A stretch of DNA of 61,604 bases, from positions 1-61,604 of the forward strand of contig CAZDTP010000020.1 in assembly GCA_964508365.1 (NCBI GenBank), written 5' to 3'. Below, in pieces: positions 30,510 through 40,070 of the stretch. The notes below the pieces were generated by a model. The model did not search any database. It saw only the letters and a program-made list of their open reading frames with translations, and was not told the origin of the DNA. Positions within the stretch are counted from its first letter, which is position 1. Every line of letters starts with the position of its first letter. Position numbers and translations under genes: made by a program. This DNA is from an uncultured archaeon (lineage in GTDB: Archaea > Asgardarchaeota > Lokiarchaeia > Sigyniarchaeales > SOKP01).

Positions 30510-30558
30510 AAGAATGTAGTTCTAAAAATGAAATAAAGAAGTTAAAAATATTGATTAT

Positions 30559-32457
30559 TCAGTCCATAGAATTCTCCTTGTCGAAAAAAACTTCATAAAA
30601 CAATTCTTTTTCTCCCGCTTCGGGAGGATTTATCTTGGTATAACCTCCTTTCCTAATAATTTGCACAGTGCTTTTATTTTGAATGTGGATGTTACCGTAA
30701 AATCCTTTAATGCCTTTTTCCTTTGCTATAATTATAAGATGTTGATATAAGAAAGATCCTAACCCCTTCCCTCGATAGTCCTCTCTGACTAAAAAGCTAT
30801 ACTCTGCCATATTTAGCTCAGGATTTAAGTAATAGGTTGCGTTGCCTACCATTCCCTCTCTTCCTACATTGCCGATAAAGGCTCCAATTGAAAAAACATT
30901 GTTATAATCTATATTAACTTCGTTTTGGGTCTTTGAATGGGTGAAATCCTTTCTAATTTCGAAAAACCGCAAATACCGATCATTTTCATTTAAGGAGTAA
31001 TATAACTCTTTTAATAAGGGTTCGTCTGTGGTCTTTACTGGCCGAATTTGAATTTTCTCTTCTCCTCGCAGAGTAAACATAGTCACATACTCCGAAGGGT
31101 ATCTGCAAATACTACCTTCTTGGTTGTATGGTAAAATCTGATCTGAATAAACATATTTCAACTTTTTAGCTTCATCTAACAACCATTGACGAAAATCAGG
31201 GTGAGCAACGCATATTAGTTCGAGCACTCGTTCTCTTATAGTCTTTCCATGAAGATATGCTACTCCCCATTCAGTTACGACATAATGTGCATCTCCTCGA
31301 GATAACATTACTCCTGCACCTTCATCTAGATGAGGCAAAATCCGGGATTTTTTACCATCACGCGAAGTGGATGGCATAATAATTATGGGTTTCCCTCCTT
31401 TAGAAAATGCAGCCCCCCTCATAAAATCTATAGTCTCTCCTATCCCAGAATAGAAACTATACCCTTCAGTTGCCGCATTTACTTGTCCCGTAAGATCTAT
31501 TTGTCGAGCTGAATTTATTGAAACCATTTTCTTATTCATTCCTATGTACTTAGGATTACACACATAGTCTGAAGAGTAGAATTCAATGTATGGATTATTA
31601 TTAACAAAATCGTACAATTTTTTGCTTCCTAATGCGAAACTAGTAATGATTTTTTCAGGATGAAAGTTTTTTTTTCTACTAGTTAATACCCCTTGTTCGA
31701 TTAAAGGAATAATATTGTCCGTAATATAATGAGAATGCATCCCTAAGTCTTTTTTTTCCCCTAAAAATTTCAATGCAGCATTTGGTAAATCGCCAAATCC
31801 TACATGAATAGTTGATTTATTCTCTATAATATTCGATAAATTTCTTCCTATTCGTTTAGCAACTTCGTCAGGTTCATCGAAATGATATTCTAACAAAGGT
31901 ACGTCGTTAACAACAAAATGATCTATTTCTTTCATGTGAATAAAACTATTTCCTAAAGTTCTTGGCATTTGAGGATTCATCTCAACAATATTTAAAAAAG
32001 CTGATTGGGCTAAAGGTTTTGCTATATCCACATTGATGCCAAGAGAACAGAATCCATAAGAATCGGGGGGTGTAGCTTGTATAAGGGCAACATCGATGTG
32101 TTTTCTACCAGTTAAAAATAGTTGAGGTATTTCACTTGCGTATATCGGGGTATAATCGGCTTGTCCTTTATTGATTTCCTCGCGAAGAGTTTTTCCAATG
32201 AATAGAGCATTATGTCTAAAGAGGTCTTCAGATTTATCCGTGAAATATTTCTCTGGACCAATAGTTAAGAAATGAAGTATTTCAGTATCTATTAACTTCT
32301 CAGACTGCTTTATCAATTCTGAAGTGAGTAATTGTGGCTCCGAGCATCCTGAACCTATAAAAACTCTATTGCCTGGAATAATTTTATTTATTGCATCCTC
32401 TGCTGTAATCTCCTTTTCCTTCCACTTTTCCCGCCATTCTCCATTTAATGAGACCAT
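30559..32457 (-). CDS. Acetyl-CoA hydrolase/transferase fused to a C-terminal GNAT acetyltransferase
   Basis: Motifs GSGCSEP, DVALIQATPPD..GFCSLG, QIDLTGQV and YVVTEWGVA; the GNAT part has YRGKGLG. Confidence 0.92.
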   Translation of the reverse strand: MVSLNGEWREKWKEKEITAEDAINKIIPGNRVFIGSGCSEPQLLTSELIKQSEKLIDTEILHFLTIGPEKYFTDKSEDLFRHNALFIGKTLREEINKGQADYTPIYASEIPQLFLTGRKHIDVALIQATPPDSYGFCSLGINVDIAKPLAQSAFLNIVEMNPQMPRTLGNSFIHMKEIDHFVVNDVPLLEYHFDEPDEVAKRIGRNLSNIIENKSTIHVGFGDLPNAALKFLGEKKDLGMHSHYITDNIIPLIEQGVLTSRKKNFHPEKIITSFALGSKKLYDFVNNNPYIEFYSSDYVCNPKYIGMNKKMVSINSARQIDLTGQVNAATEGYSFYSGIGETIDFMRGAAFSKGGKPIIIMPSTSRDGKKSRILPHLDEGAGVMLSRGDAHYVVTEWGVAYLHGKTIRERVLELICVAHPDFRQWLLDEAKKLKYVYSDQILPYNQEGSICRYPSEYVTMFTLRGEEKIQIRPVKTTDEPLLKELYYSLNENDRYLRFFEIRKDFTHSKTQNEVNIDYNNVFSIGAFIGNVGREGMVGNATYYLNPELNMAEYSFLVREDYRGKGLGSFLYQHLIIIAKEKGIKGFYGNIHIQNKSTVQIIRKGGYTKINPPEAGEKELFYEVFFDKENSMD

Positions 32458-32686
32458 ATCCTACACTTTAAGGCTCTAATTTTATTTTGATTAAAATTTT
32501 TCTTTTATTATCAAAAATAGTTAGGTCCTATATCTTTAATATTTTTACCTTACAAATTTATAATATTTGAAACTACTAAGAAAATCATTCATATAAATAT
32601 AGGTTTTTTTACAATTCATTCCATATGAAACCAGAAAGATACTTTAATCGTCCTATTACCTATTCTGACATTATATTCTCTTGGAA

Positions 32687-32992
32687 TTACCTGAATTTAA
32701 AAACAACTGAAAAATAAATTGCACCACTACCAGAAATAATAAACAATATCAAAGGAGGAATTAAATAAAAAATATATTGCTCAAAATCTATAAATAAGTA
32801 AGTTATGTTAAGAACTATTGATAAAAATGCCGCAATAAACATTAACCATCCCAAAATGATCATGAATATAATAAGAAGCGATTTAAAACTATTCTCTCTA
32901 CTCTCAATCAGGATACAATTGACAAAAATTCCTAACTTTTCCTCAAAATCCCCCTCAACGAGTTCTCGATAGCAAATTTCGCAGTTTGGCAT
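32687..32992 (-). CDS. Small membrane protein with an N-terminal CxxC
   Basis: MPNCEIC followed by two hydrophobic helices. Confidence 0.55.
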   Translation of the reverse strand: MPNCEICYRELVEGDFEEKLGIFVNCILIESRENSFKSLLIIFMIILGWLMFIAAFLSIVLNITYLFIDFEQYIFYLIPPLILFIISGSGAIYFSVVFKFR

Positions 32993-33186
32993 TATTTCTT
33001 ACCCCATATTATAATTAAATAAAAAAATTATACGATCATTTAAAATAATTTTCTATTGAAAACGAATTTTTTCAGTATAATACTACTACTGATATCACGA
33101 CATTTTTTGAAAATTGAAAGGAAATTTTTTAAAATGAGAATCAAATTCTTTTACATTAGAAATAAAATAGTTAGAAGAGCATTGAT

Positions 33187-33963
33187 ATGGATATTTTGGA
33201 TTTTTTCTTGGGGGAATTTAGTAATATTTTTTTAACCATTCTCTTGATATTAATATTAATTTTACTAACTAAGTTCATAGGAACGTACCCCACTCCTCTT
33301 CCGCGTTCAGAAAACCCTGCAACAGAAAAAAAGGAAGTTATAATTTTATGGTTTATCATGCTTATATATCTGTCGCTTTATATTTATGTGTTAAGCCCTT
33401 ACTTCATATCGATGGTAGGAGATTCCTATATCATTGGAGTAATTTTTGGTACGTTTATTAACTTCCTTATCCCTCTTGTTTATGTAGTTTATAAGAATAA
33501 GTGGAATAGTAGAGATCTAGGTCTCACTAGTAAGATTCGTTCCTGGTCCGTAGTAATAATTTCTATCTCATCTTATCTATTACTCGGAATTTATAGATTT
33601 TTTCGGTCAGAACCAACAGAATTGTATTGGTATTCCTTACTACTCTTATTTTATTCAAATGCGTTTCTTGAAGAATTTCTTTTTCGGGCTATAGTGCAGT
33701 CAAAATTAGAGAGATCAATAGGACAAAAAAGAGCACTACTTTATCAAGGAGTATTATTTATGTTAATCCACATTCCTGCTAATTTAATAAGATTTACAAT
33801 TGAAGGAAACTTTGTTAGGTTTTTCTGGAGTTTTGGTTTTCAGCTTATACATGGAGCAATTTATGGGTTGGTTTTTTTGAAGACAAGGAGTATATGGCCT
33901 GCGGTAATTTGCCATTATCTAACTAATTGGGCAGGAGCAACTATATTACTGTTCCTATCTTAA
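33187..33963 (+). CDS. CPBP (CAAX protease/Abi) intramembrane metalloprotease
   Basis: Motifs EEFLFR, F...H and H...N. Confidence 0.9.
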   Translation: MDILDFFLGEFSNIFLTILLILILILLTKFIGTYPTPLPRSENPATEKKEVIILWFIMLIYLSLYIYVLSPYFISMVGDSYIIGVIFGTFINFLIPLVYVVYKNKWNSRDLGLTSKIRSWSVVIISISSYLLLGIYRFFRSEPTELYWYSLLLLFYSNAFLEEFLFRAIVQSKLERSIGQKRALLYQGVLFMLIHIPANLIRFTIEGNFVRFFWSFGFQLIHGAIYGLVFLKTRSIWPAVICHYLTNWAGATILLFLS

Positions 33964-34273
33964 ATCTTATTATTTAAACCTTTTTATGTAATTTTGGAAT
34001 ATTTTTATCAAATAAAATTATTCTCTTAACTCATAAACATATTCTACATAATAATTCTAAAAAAAATCTACTTCTCTCTTTTCTTAATAAATTAAATGTA
34101 AAATGTTTAAATTGAATTCAAAATAGTTACTCCATGATTTAATACACCATTTAAATCCAAAAAATTTTAATATGATGAGAAAGAAAAGAAATCTTTAAAG
34201 GTTTTTAAGAAGTAAATAAACCAAGAAATTTTAATTATAAAAATCAAGGAGAAATTCGAATTAGTGAAATGTA

Positions 34274-36256
34274 ATGTCAAAAGAAGAAAAAAAAATGGAA
34301 AGTGTACTAACTGAAAATCGAATATTTGACCCCGTAAAACTTAGCCCTGAATACGCTAGGACTGGAATGTCAATGGACGAATATAAGAAACTCTACAAGG
34401 AATCCATCAAAGATATGGAAGGATTCTGGGGAAAACAAGCAAAATCACTAGATTGGTTCAAACCTTACGATAAAGTGTGGGAAAAAACCGATCTCTTTCC
34501 GGGAAAATGGTTTGTGGGTGGAAAACTCAATGTTGCTTACAATTGTATTGATAGACATGTGATAGCTGGAAACGGTGATCGTGTTGCAATCATATGGGAA
34601 GCAGACGAGCCCGGTCAAGTGAGAAAATTTACTTACAACGAACTATTAATAGAAGTAAGTAAAGTTGCTAATGCTATGAGAAGTAAAGGACTTAAGAAGG
34701 GTGATAGAGTCACAATATGGTTACCGATGATTCCTGAATTAGCTGTTATTATGCTGGCTTGTGCTCGAATTGGTGTAATTCATTCCATCGTCTTTGGTGG
34801 TTTCTCAAAAGAAGCTGTCAAGGATAGAATTGAAGACTCTGATTCGCGTTTATTGTTTACAAGCGATGAAACATTAAGGGCTGGTAAAACCTATCCTAAA
34901 ATGGCCGATGTCGTTCAATTAATAGACAATGTACCGACAATAGAACATGTTATTGTCGTGAAGCGATCAGGGAACGAAGTTCCTCACACTAATAAAGATA
35001 TTTGGTATCACGACTTTATAGATGGCATGAGTGAGGAATGCGAACCCGAACAAATGGATTCAGAGGATACCTTATTTATTCTCTATACAAGCGGAACCAC
35101 AGGAAAACCTAAAGGAGTTAAACACACAACAGCAGGTTTTATTCTCTATACATCTTTTACTCATAGAGTCGTATTTAACTACAAAGAAGGCGAAGTTTGG
35201 TATTGTACCGCAGACATAGGATGGATAACAGGTCATAGTTATATCATATATGGGCCTTTAGCGAATGGAGCAACAACTTTAATGTTTGAAAGCGTGCCTA
35301 CCTATCCAGATGTTGATAGGTTTTGGGATATTGTGGAACGTCATAAAGTTAACCAATTTTATACCGCTCCAACTGCTATACGTGCCCTTATGAGACACGG
35401 TGATGATCCAGTAAATAAACACGATTTAAGTTCTTTAAAAGTTCTGGGGACCGTAGGAGAACCGATTAATCCTGAAGCATGGACATGGTATTATAGAATT
35501 GTTGGTAAAGAGAAATGTCCTATAGTTGATACTTACTGGCAAACTGAAACGGGAGGTTTTATTATGACTCCTATAGCTACTGCAACTCCAACCAAACCAG
35601 GATCATGTTGCTTGCCTTTCCTGGGTATTAAACCCGTAATTTTCGATTTGGAAGGTGATGAGATCACCGAAGCAAACGAAGGTGGTTATTTTGCAATTGG
35701 ACAACCATGGCCAGGAATGTTAAGGGATGTTTGGGGCGATACAGAGAGATTTAAATCCACCTATCTCGAAAAATATCCGGGATATTATTACACTGGTGAT
35801 GGAGCACGACGAGATGACGATGGCTATTATTGGATCCTTGGACGATTGGACGATGTGATAAAAGTATCTGGACACCGCATAGGAACAATGGAAGTAGAAT
35901 CTGCTATAGTGAGTCATCCAAAGGTAGCAGAAGCTGCCGTAGCACCTTTTCCACATAAGATAAAGGGGCAAGCTATTTGGGCGTTCGTGACATTAATGGG
36001 TGGCATTGAAAAATCAGCGAAATTATCGAAAGAGATTCGTATGCATGTTAGACAAGAAATTGGACCAGTATTTCAGCCGGATGTAATTCAATTTGCTGAT
36101 GCTTTGCCAAAGACGAGAAGTGGTAAGATCATGCGCAGAATTCTTAAGGCCATAGCTTCAGGTACAGAAATCGGTAATGTTACGACCTTAGCCGATCCTT
36201 CAGTAGTCGATGACTTGCTTGAAGAACGTAAGAAAATGGATGTCGAAGTAGGTTAA
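34274..36256 (+). CDS. acs: Acetyl-CoA synthetase (AMP-forming)
   Basis: Motifs YTSGTTGKPKG, TADIGWITGHSY, VDTYWQTETG and PKTRSGKIMRR. Confidence 0.96.
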   Translation: MSKEEKKMESVLTENRIFDPVKLSPEYARTGMSMDEYKKLYKESIKDMEGFWGKQAKSLDWFKPYDKVWEKTDLFPGKWFVGGKLNVAYNCIDRHVIAGNGDRVAIIWEADEPGQVRKFTYNELLIEVSKVANAMRSKGLKKGDRVTIWLPMIPELAVIMLACARIGVIHSIVFGGFSKEAVKDRIEDSDSRLLFTSDETLRAGKTYPKMADVVQLIDNVPTIEHVIVVKRSGNEVPHTNKDIWYHDFIDGMSEECEPEQMDSEDTLFILYTSGTTGKPKGVKHTTAGFILYTSFTHRVVFNYKEGEVWYCTADIGWITGHSYIIYGPLANGATTLMFESVPTYPDVDRFWDIVERHKVNQFYTAPTAIRALMRHGDDPVNKHDLSSLKVLGTVGEPINPEAWTWYYRIVGKEKCPIVDTYWQTETGGFIMTPIATATPTKPGSCCLPFLGIKPVIFDLEGDEITEANEGGYFAIGQPWPGMLRDVWGDTERFKSTYLEKYPGYYYTGDGARRDDDGYYWILGRLDDVIKVSGHRIGTMEVESAIVSHPKVAEAAVAPFPHKIKGQAIWAFVTLMGGIEKSAKLSKEIRMHVRQEIGPVFQPDVIQFADALPKTRSGKIMRRILKAIASGTEIGNVTTLADPSVVDDLLEERKKMDVEVG

Positions 36257-36394
36257 ATGATTTTTTTTTATTTTATTTTATTTATTTATTTATGATTTTT
36301 ATTTCTGTTTGATTTATTAAACAATTAAAGCGTTTATTGGGCTTTTTAAGTCATTGCTCATTTTGCTAATAGACTGAGAAGTTATTTCATTTAG

Positions 36395-36419
36395 TGTATA
36401 CTTATTTGTCAAGTATACA
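36395..36419. promoter_or_regulatory. Inverted repeat (putative operator) upstream of the ABC exporter operon
   Basis: TGTATACTT-N7-AAGTATACA has perfect 9-bp arms and ends 20 nt before ATG 36440. Confidence 0.5.
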
Positions 36420-36439
36420 ACTGGTAGAGGTCAACTTTC

Positions 36440-38218
36440 ATGAATTTAGAAAGAAAGAAGTACAAAAGTTATAAAACATGGCTCCTTCACCATCTATACA
36501 AAAATAAATTCTTGATATTGTCTGCTATAATAGGTATGTTAATTGTTACTTTTACAAGAACTCTCATACCTATAATAATTGGCGAGATAGTAGATGATGC
36601 TCTAATTGCTCTTGATTACGATAAATTCATAACGCTCCTTATTATGGGGTTAGCAATTTATCTTATCCGTAATACTATGGATTATGTAACGATGATGACC
36701 GGCCACTATTTAGGTTTGAAAACCGAGCAAAATATGAGGCAAGAGTTTTTTGAGAGTATCCAGCATAAACCTTTAAGATATCACGATAAAGCTAAAGCTG
36801 GGGATTTGCAAGCCCTAGCAACCAATGATGTACGTATTATCAATACGATGATTTCCCACGGAAGCTTTTTTTTCTATCCATTCTTTCAAGTGGCAATAAC
36901 TATGTTCTTCCTATTTACTACGATCGATATAAGATTAGCTTTAGCATGTATTCCTTTTGTTTTTTTTTATATTTACTTTATTTTGCATTATCGCAGAAGA
37001 ATTGCGCCATTTGCGGCTAAACGGTTAAGAAAACATTCAAATTTAGCAGTTGTATTACAAGATAGTATAACAGGTGCTTCTGTAGTCAGATCTTTTGCTG
37101 CGGAAGGTTTAGAACGAAAAAAGTTCAAGAAAGCAGTAAACGCTTTTAGAGATAATTCTATCGGAGAATATATTGTGCAAGCAAAATATTTTCCGATGTT
37201 AGTTCTATACATAACCACCGGAATTTCACTTATTTTAAGCATTGTATTTGTATATCAGAATTCACTAACTATTGGAGAATTAGCCGCAACGAATTTACTT
37301 TTGATAACTCTCATCGATCCAACTAACCTGATTTGGTGGGCTACTAATGATATGATGAGTGGATTTGCAGCTTGTTCGCGCTTGTTTACAGCATTATCCG
37401 ACGAAGATAACGAGGATCAACGAATTAAGAACCAATCTTGGCCGAAGGTGTTCAAAGGAAAAATAGAATTTAGAGATGTAACTTTTGCATATGAAAATGG
37501 AGAAAGAAATCGACCCCCTGTTCTAAAAAATCTCAATTTCACTATCGAACCAAACCAAAAAGTCGCTCTTGTTGGTCCCACAGGGTGTGGTAAAACAACG
37601 ATCGCAAAATTACTCCTCCTCCTTTATGAACCCCAACAAGGGATCATTTTACTGGATGGAAAAAATATTCAGGATTATCCCCTTGAAGAATTAAGAAGAA
37701 AAATTGGCTATATAGAGCAAGATATCTATTTGTTCTCGCAGACTATTCATGAAAATATCGCTTTTGGAAACCAAAATGCTAGACACGACGAAATAATTAA
37801 TATAGCAAAACTTGCTCAAGTTGATGATTTTGTCCAAAATTTCTCGGATGGTTACAATACTATTGTAGGTGAGAGAGGTACGCGGCTTTCAGGAGGAGAG
37901 AAACAACGGGTGGCTATTGCTCGTGCTTTTTTAACTAATCCTGCCATGCTAATACTTGATGATTCTGTTTCTGCGATTGATAGCGAAACGGAGGAGAAGA
38001 TTGGGCGAGCGATGGAAAATATATTAAAGAATAGAACTACTTTAATAATAACTCATCGCCTTCATACCATACGGACATCTGATAAAATTTTAGTTCTCAA
38101 GCACGGAAGAATAATAGCGGAAGGAAATCACTCAGAATTATTTCAATCATCTGAAGATTACAAGCGAATTTTTGGGAAACGAGTGTCTTCATCAGATTTT
38201 AAAACACATAACACTTAG
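36440..38218 (+). CDS. ABC exporter, fused TMD-NBD (heterodimer subunit 1)
   Basis: Six TM helices plus GPTGCGKT, LSGGEKQR, ILDD and ITHR. Confidence 0.93.
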   Translation: MNLERKKYKSYKTWLLHHLYKNKFLILSAIIGMLIVTFTRTLIPIIIGEIVDDALIALDYDKFITLLIMGLAIYLIRNTMDYVTMMTGHYLGLKTEQNMRQEFFESIQHKPLRYHDKAKAGDLQALATNDVRIINTMISHGSFFFYPFFQVAITMFFLFTTIDIRLALACIPFVFFYIYFILHYRRRIAPFAAKRLRKHSNLAVVLQDSITGASVVRSFAAEGLERKKFKKAVNAFRDNSIGEYIVQAKYFPMLVLYITTGISLILSIVFVYQNSLTIGELAATNLLLITLIDPTNLIWWATNDMMSGFAACSRLFTALSDEDNEDQRIKNQSWPKVFKGKIEFRDVTFAYENGERNRPPVLKNLNFTIEPNQKVALVGPTGCGKTTIAKLLLLLYEPQQGIILLDGKNIQDYPLEELRRKIGYIEQDIYLFSQTIHENIAFGNQNARHDEIINIAKLAQVDDFVQNFSDGYNTIVGERGTRLSGGEKQRVAIARAFLTNPAMLILDDSVSAIDSETEEKIGRAMENILKNRTTLIITHRLHTIRTSDKILVLKHGRIIAEGNHSELFQSSEDYKRIFGKRVSSSDFKTHNT

Positions 38219-38230
38219 CGAGATTTCATT

Positions 38231-40051
38231 ATGGGACTTTATGCAGGAATGATGAATGAGGAACAAAAACGAGAATATTCAGATCGTGAGCTAATGGTCA
38301 GGTATTTTAGAAGTGTTGCACCATTTAAGAAAAGCTTAATCTTAATATCATTATTTATCTTCATTACTACGATAGCTGAAACCGTAAATCCTCTTTTAAT
38401 TGGAATTGTAATTGACGAACTTTCTAGTATTAACAGCAATCCTATGATTGTATTGGGAGTAGGGGGACTATACTTTATTCTCTCAATCCTACTTTGGGTA
38501 CTATTTCTCTTACGGCGAAAAGAAATAGGAAAATTTGTTCCTTATTATTTGGAAAAGCTCCGCATGGATATTTTTGATAAACTACAAGAGCAAGACATGA
38601 GCTTTTTCGATAAACATCTGAGTGGTAAACTGAATACCAGAGTTTCTAACGACGCTTTAGATTTCGGGGATACTACCCTCCTATTAGCAGATACCCTCGG
38701 CAACATTCTTATTAGTGTATTGACCTTTGGAATGCTTCTATGGTTAAATCTGACATTGGGTCTCATAACATTGATAGCCATTCCTTTCATCCTTTTATTA
38801 GTTCTATCGCTTAGGCGGTCAGTTAAAATTGTCAGTAGAGCTTACAGAAAAGCAATTGGCAGTGTAAATGCTGCTATGGTTGAATCAATAGAGGGTATAC
38901 ATGTAAGTAAGAGCTATGGACAGGAATCTACGGTTTCGAGGCAATTTCAAGAAACTAACAAGCAATATTTTAAAGCAGGGTTTAGAATGACGTCCATAAC
39001 TCATATATGGAGGCCTCTGCTGGAAACCATTGCTTCTATTTCGCTCATTGTCATCATTTTTTTAGGAGGTCAATTTGTTTTTCAAGGTATAGCTAATCCC
39101 GGTACAATTTTTATGTTTATTCTTTATCTTCAGAAATTTTTCCGTCCTATAATGGTTCTCTCCGTATTCTTCCCTCAATTAAGCTCAGGAATGGCTGCTT
39201 ATGAGCGAATACTAGATATTCTCGATTCTGAGCCAAATGTAATACAAAGTCCAAACGCAATTGATATCGATACTTTAGAAGGAGAAATTATTTTCAAAGA
39301 TATTGACTTCTGCTATAGAGAAGGTGATTGGGTTTTCAAAGGATTAAATCTACATATAAATAAGGGAGAAAAAATAGCTATTGTGGGCCACACAGGGGCT
39401 GGGAAAACTTCACTGGTATCACTTTTAGCTCGATTTTATGAGTTTCAAGGGGGATCAATTGAAATTGATGGAATTAACATTAGGGACATGTCTTTAAACG
39501 CTTATAGAAGAAATTTAGGCAATGTACAGCAAGAAGATTTTTTGTTTTCAGGTACTATAGAAGAAAATATTCGATATGGCAGACAAGAAGCGTCAGAAGA
39601 AGATCTCTGGACCGCAATTAATACTGTGCACCTGGAAGAATTAATCGAATACCTACCGGAAGGGTTGCAAACACAGATCGGTGAGAGGGGAAAAGGACTG
39701 TCGGCAGGCCAACAGCAACTAGTTAGTTTTGCTCGAGCAATATTAACTGATCCTAAAATTCTTATTCTTGACGAAGCTACTTCAAGCGTTGATGCGTATA
39801 CTGAAGCAATTATTCAAGAAGCTCTAGAGAAGCTTTTATCTAATCGAACCTCTATAATAATTGCTCATAGACTCTCAACTATCGTGAATGCTGATCGAAT
39901 AATCGTGATGGACAAAGGGCAAATTGTTGAAGAGGGTACTCATAACTCTTTGCTCACACAAGGAGGAAAATATGCCACACTGTATAAACAATATTTTGAG
40001 CATCAAAGTCTAGACTGGGAGCCAAATCAAGGGACTCTTAAAATTGAATGA
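38231..40051 (+). CDS. ABC exporter, fused TMD-NBD (heterodimer subunit 2)
   Basis: Motifs GHTGAGKT, LSAGQQQ, ILDEATS and IAHR. Confidence 0.93.
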   Translation: MGLYAGMMNEEQKREYSDRELMVRYFRSVAPFKKSLILISLFIFITTIAETVNPLLIGIVIDELSSINSNPMIVLGVGGLYFILSILLWVLFLLRRKEIGKFVPYYLEKLRMDIFDKLQEQDMSFFDKHLSGKLNTRVSNDALDFGDTTLLLADTLGNILISVLTFGMLLWLNLTLGLITLIAIPFILLLVLSLRRSVKIVSRAYRKAIGSVNAAMVESIEGIHVSKSYGQESTVSRQFQETNKQYFKAGFRMTSITHIWRPLLETIASISLIVIIFLGGQFVFQGIANPGTIFMFILYLQKFFRPIMVLSVFFPQLSSGMAAYERILDILDSEPNVIQSPNAIDIDTLEGEIIFKDIDFCYREGDWVFKGLNLHINKGEKIAIVGHTGAGKTSLVSLLARFYEFQGGSIEIDGINIRDMSLNAYRRNLGNVQQEDFLFSGTIEENIRYGRQEASEEDLWTAINTVHLEELIEYLPEGLQTQIGERGKGLSAGQQQLVSFARAILTDPKILILDEATSSVDAYTEAIIQEALEKLLSNRTSIIIAHRLSTIVNADRIIVMDKGQIVEEGTHNSLLTQGGKYATLYKQYFEHQSLDWEPNQGTLKIE

Positions 40052-40070
40052 TTTAAATTAAATAAGTATT

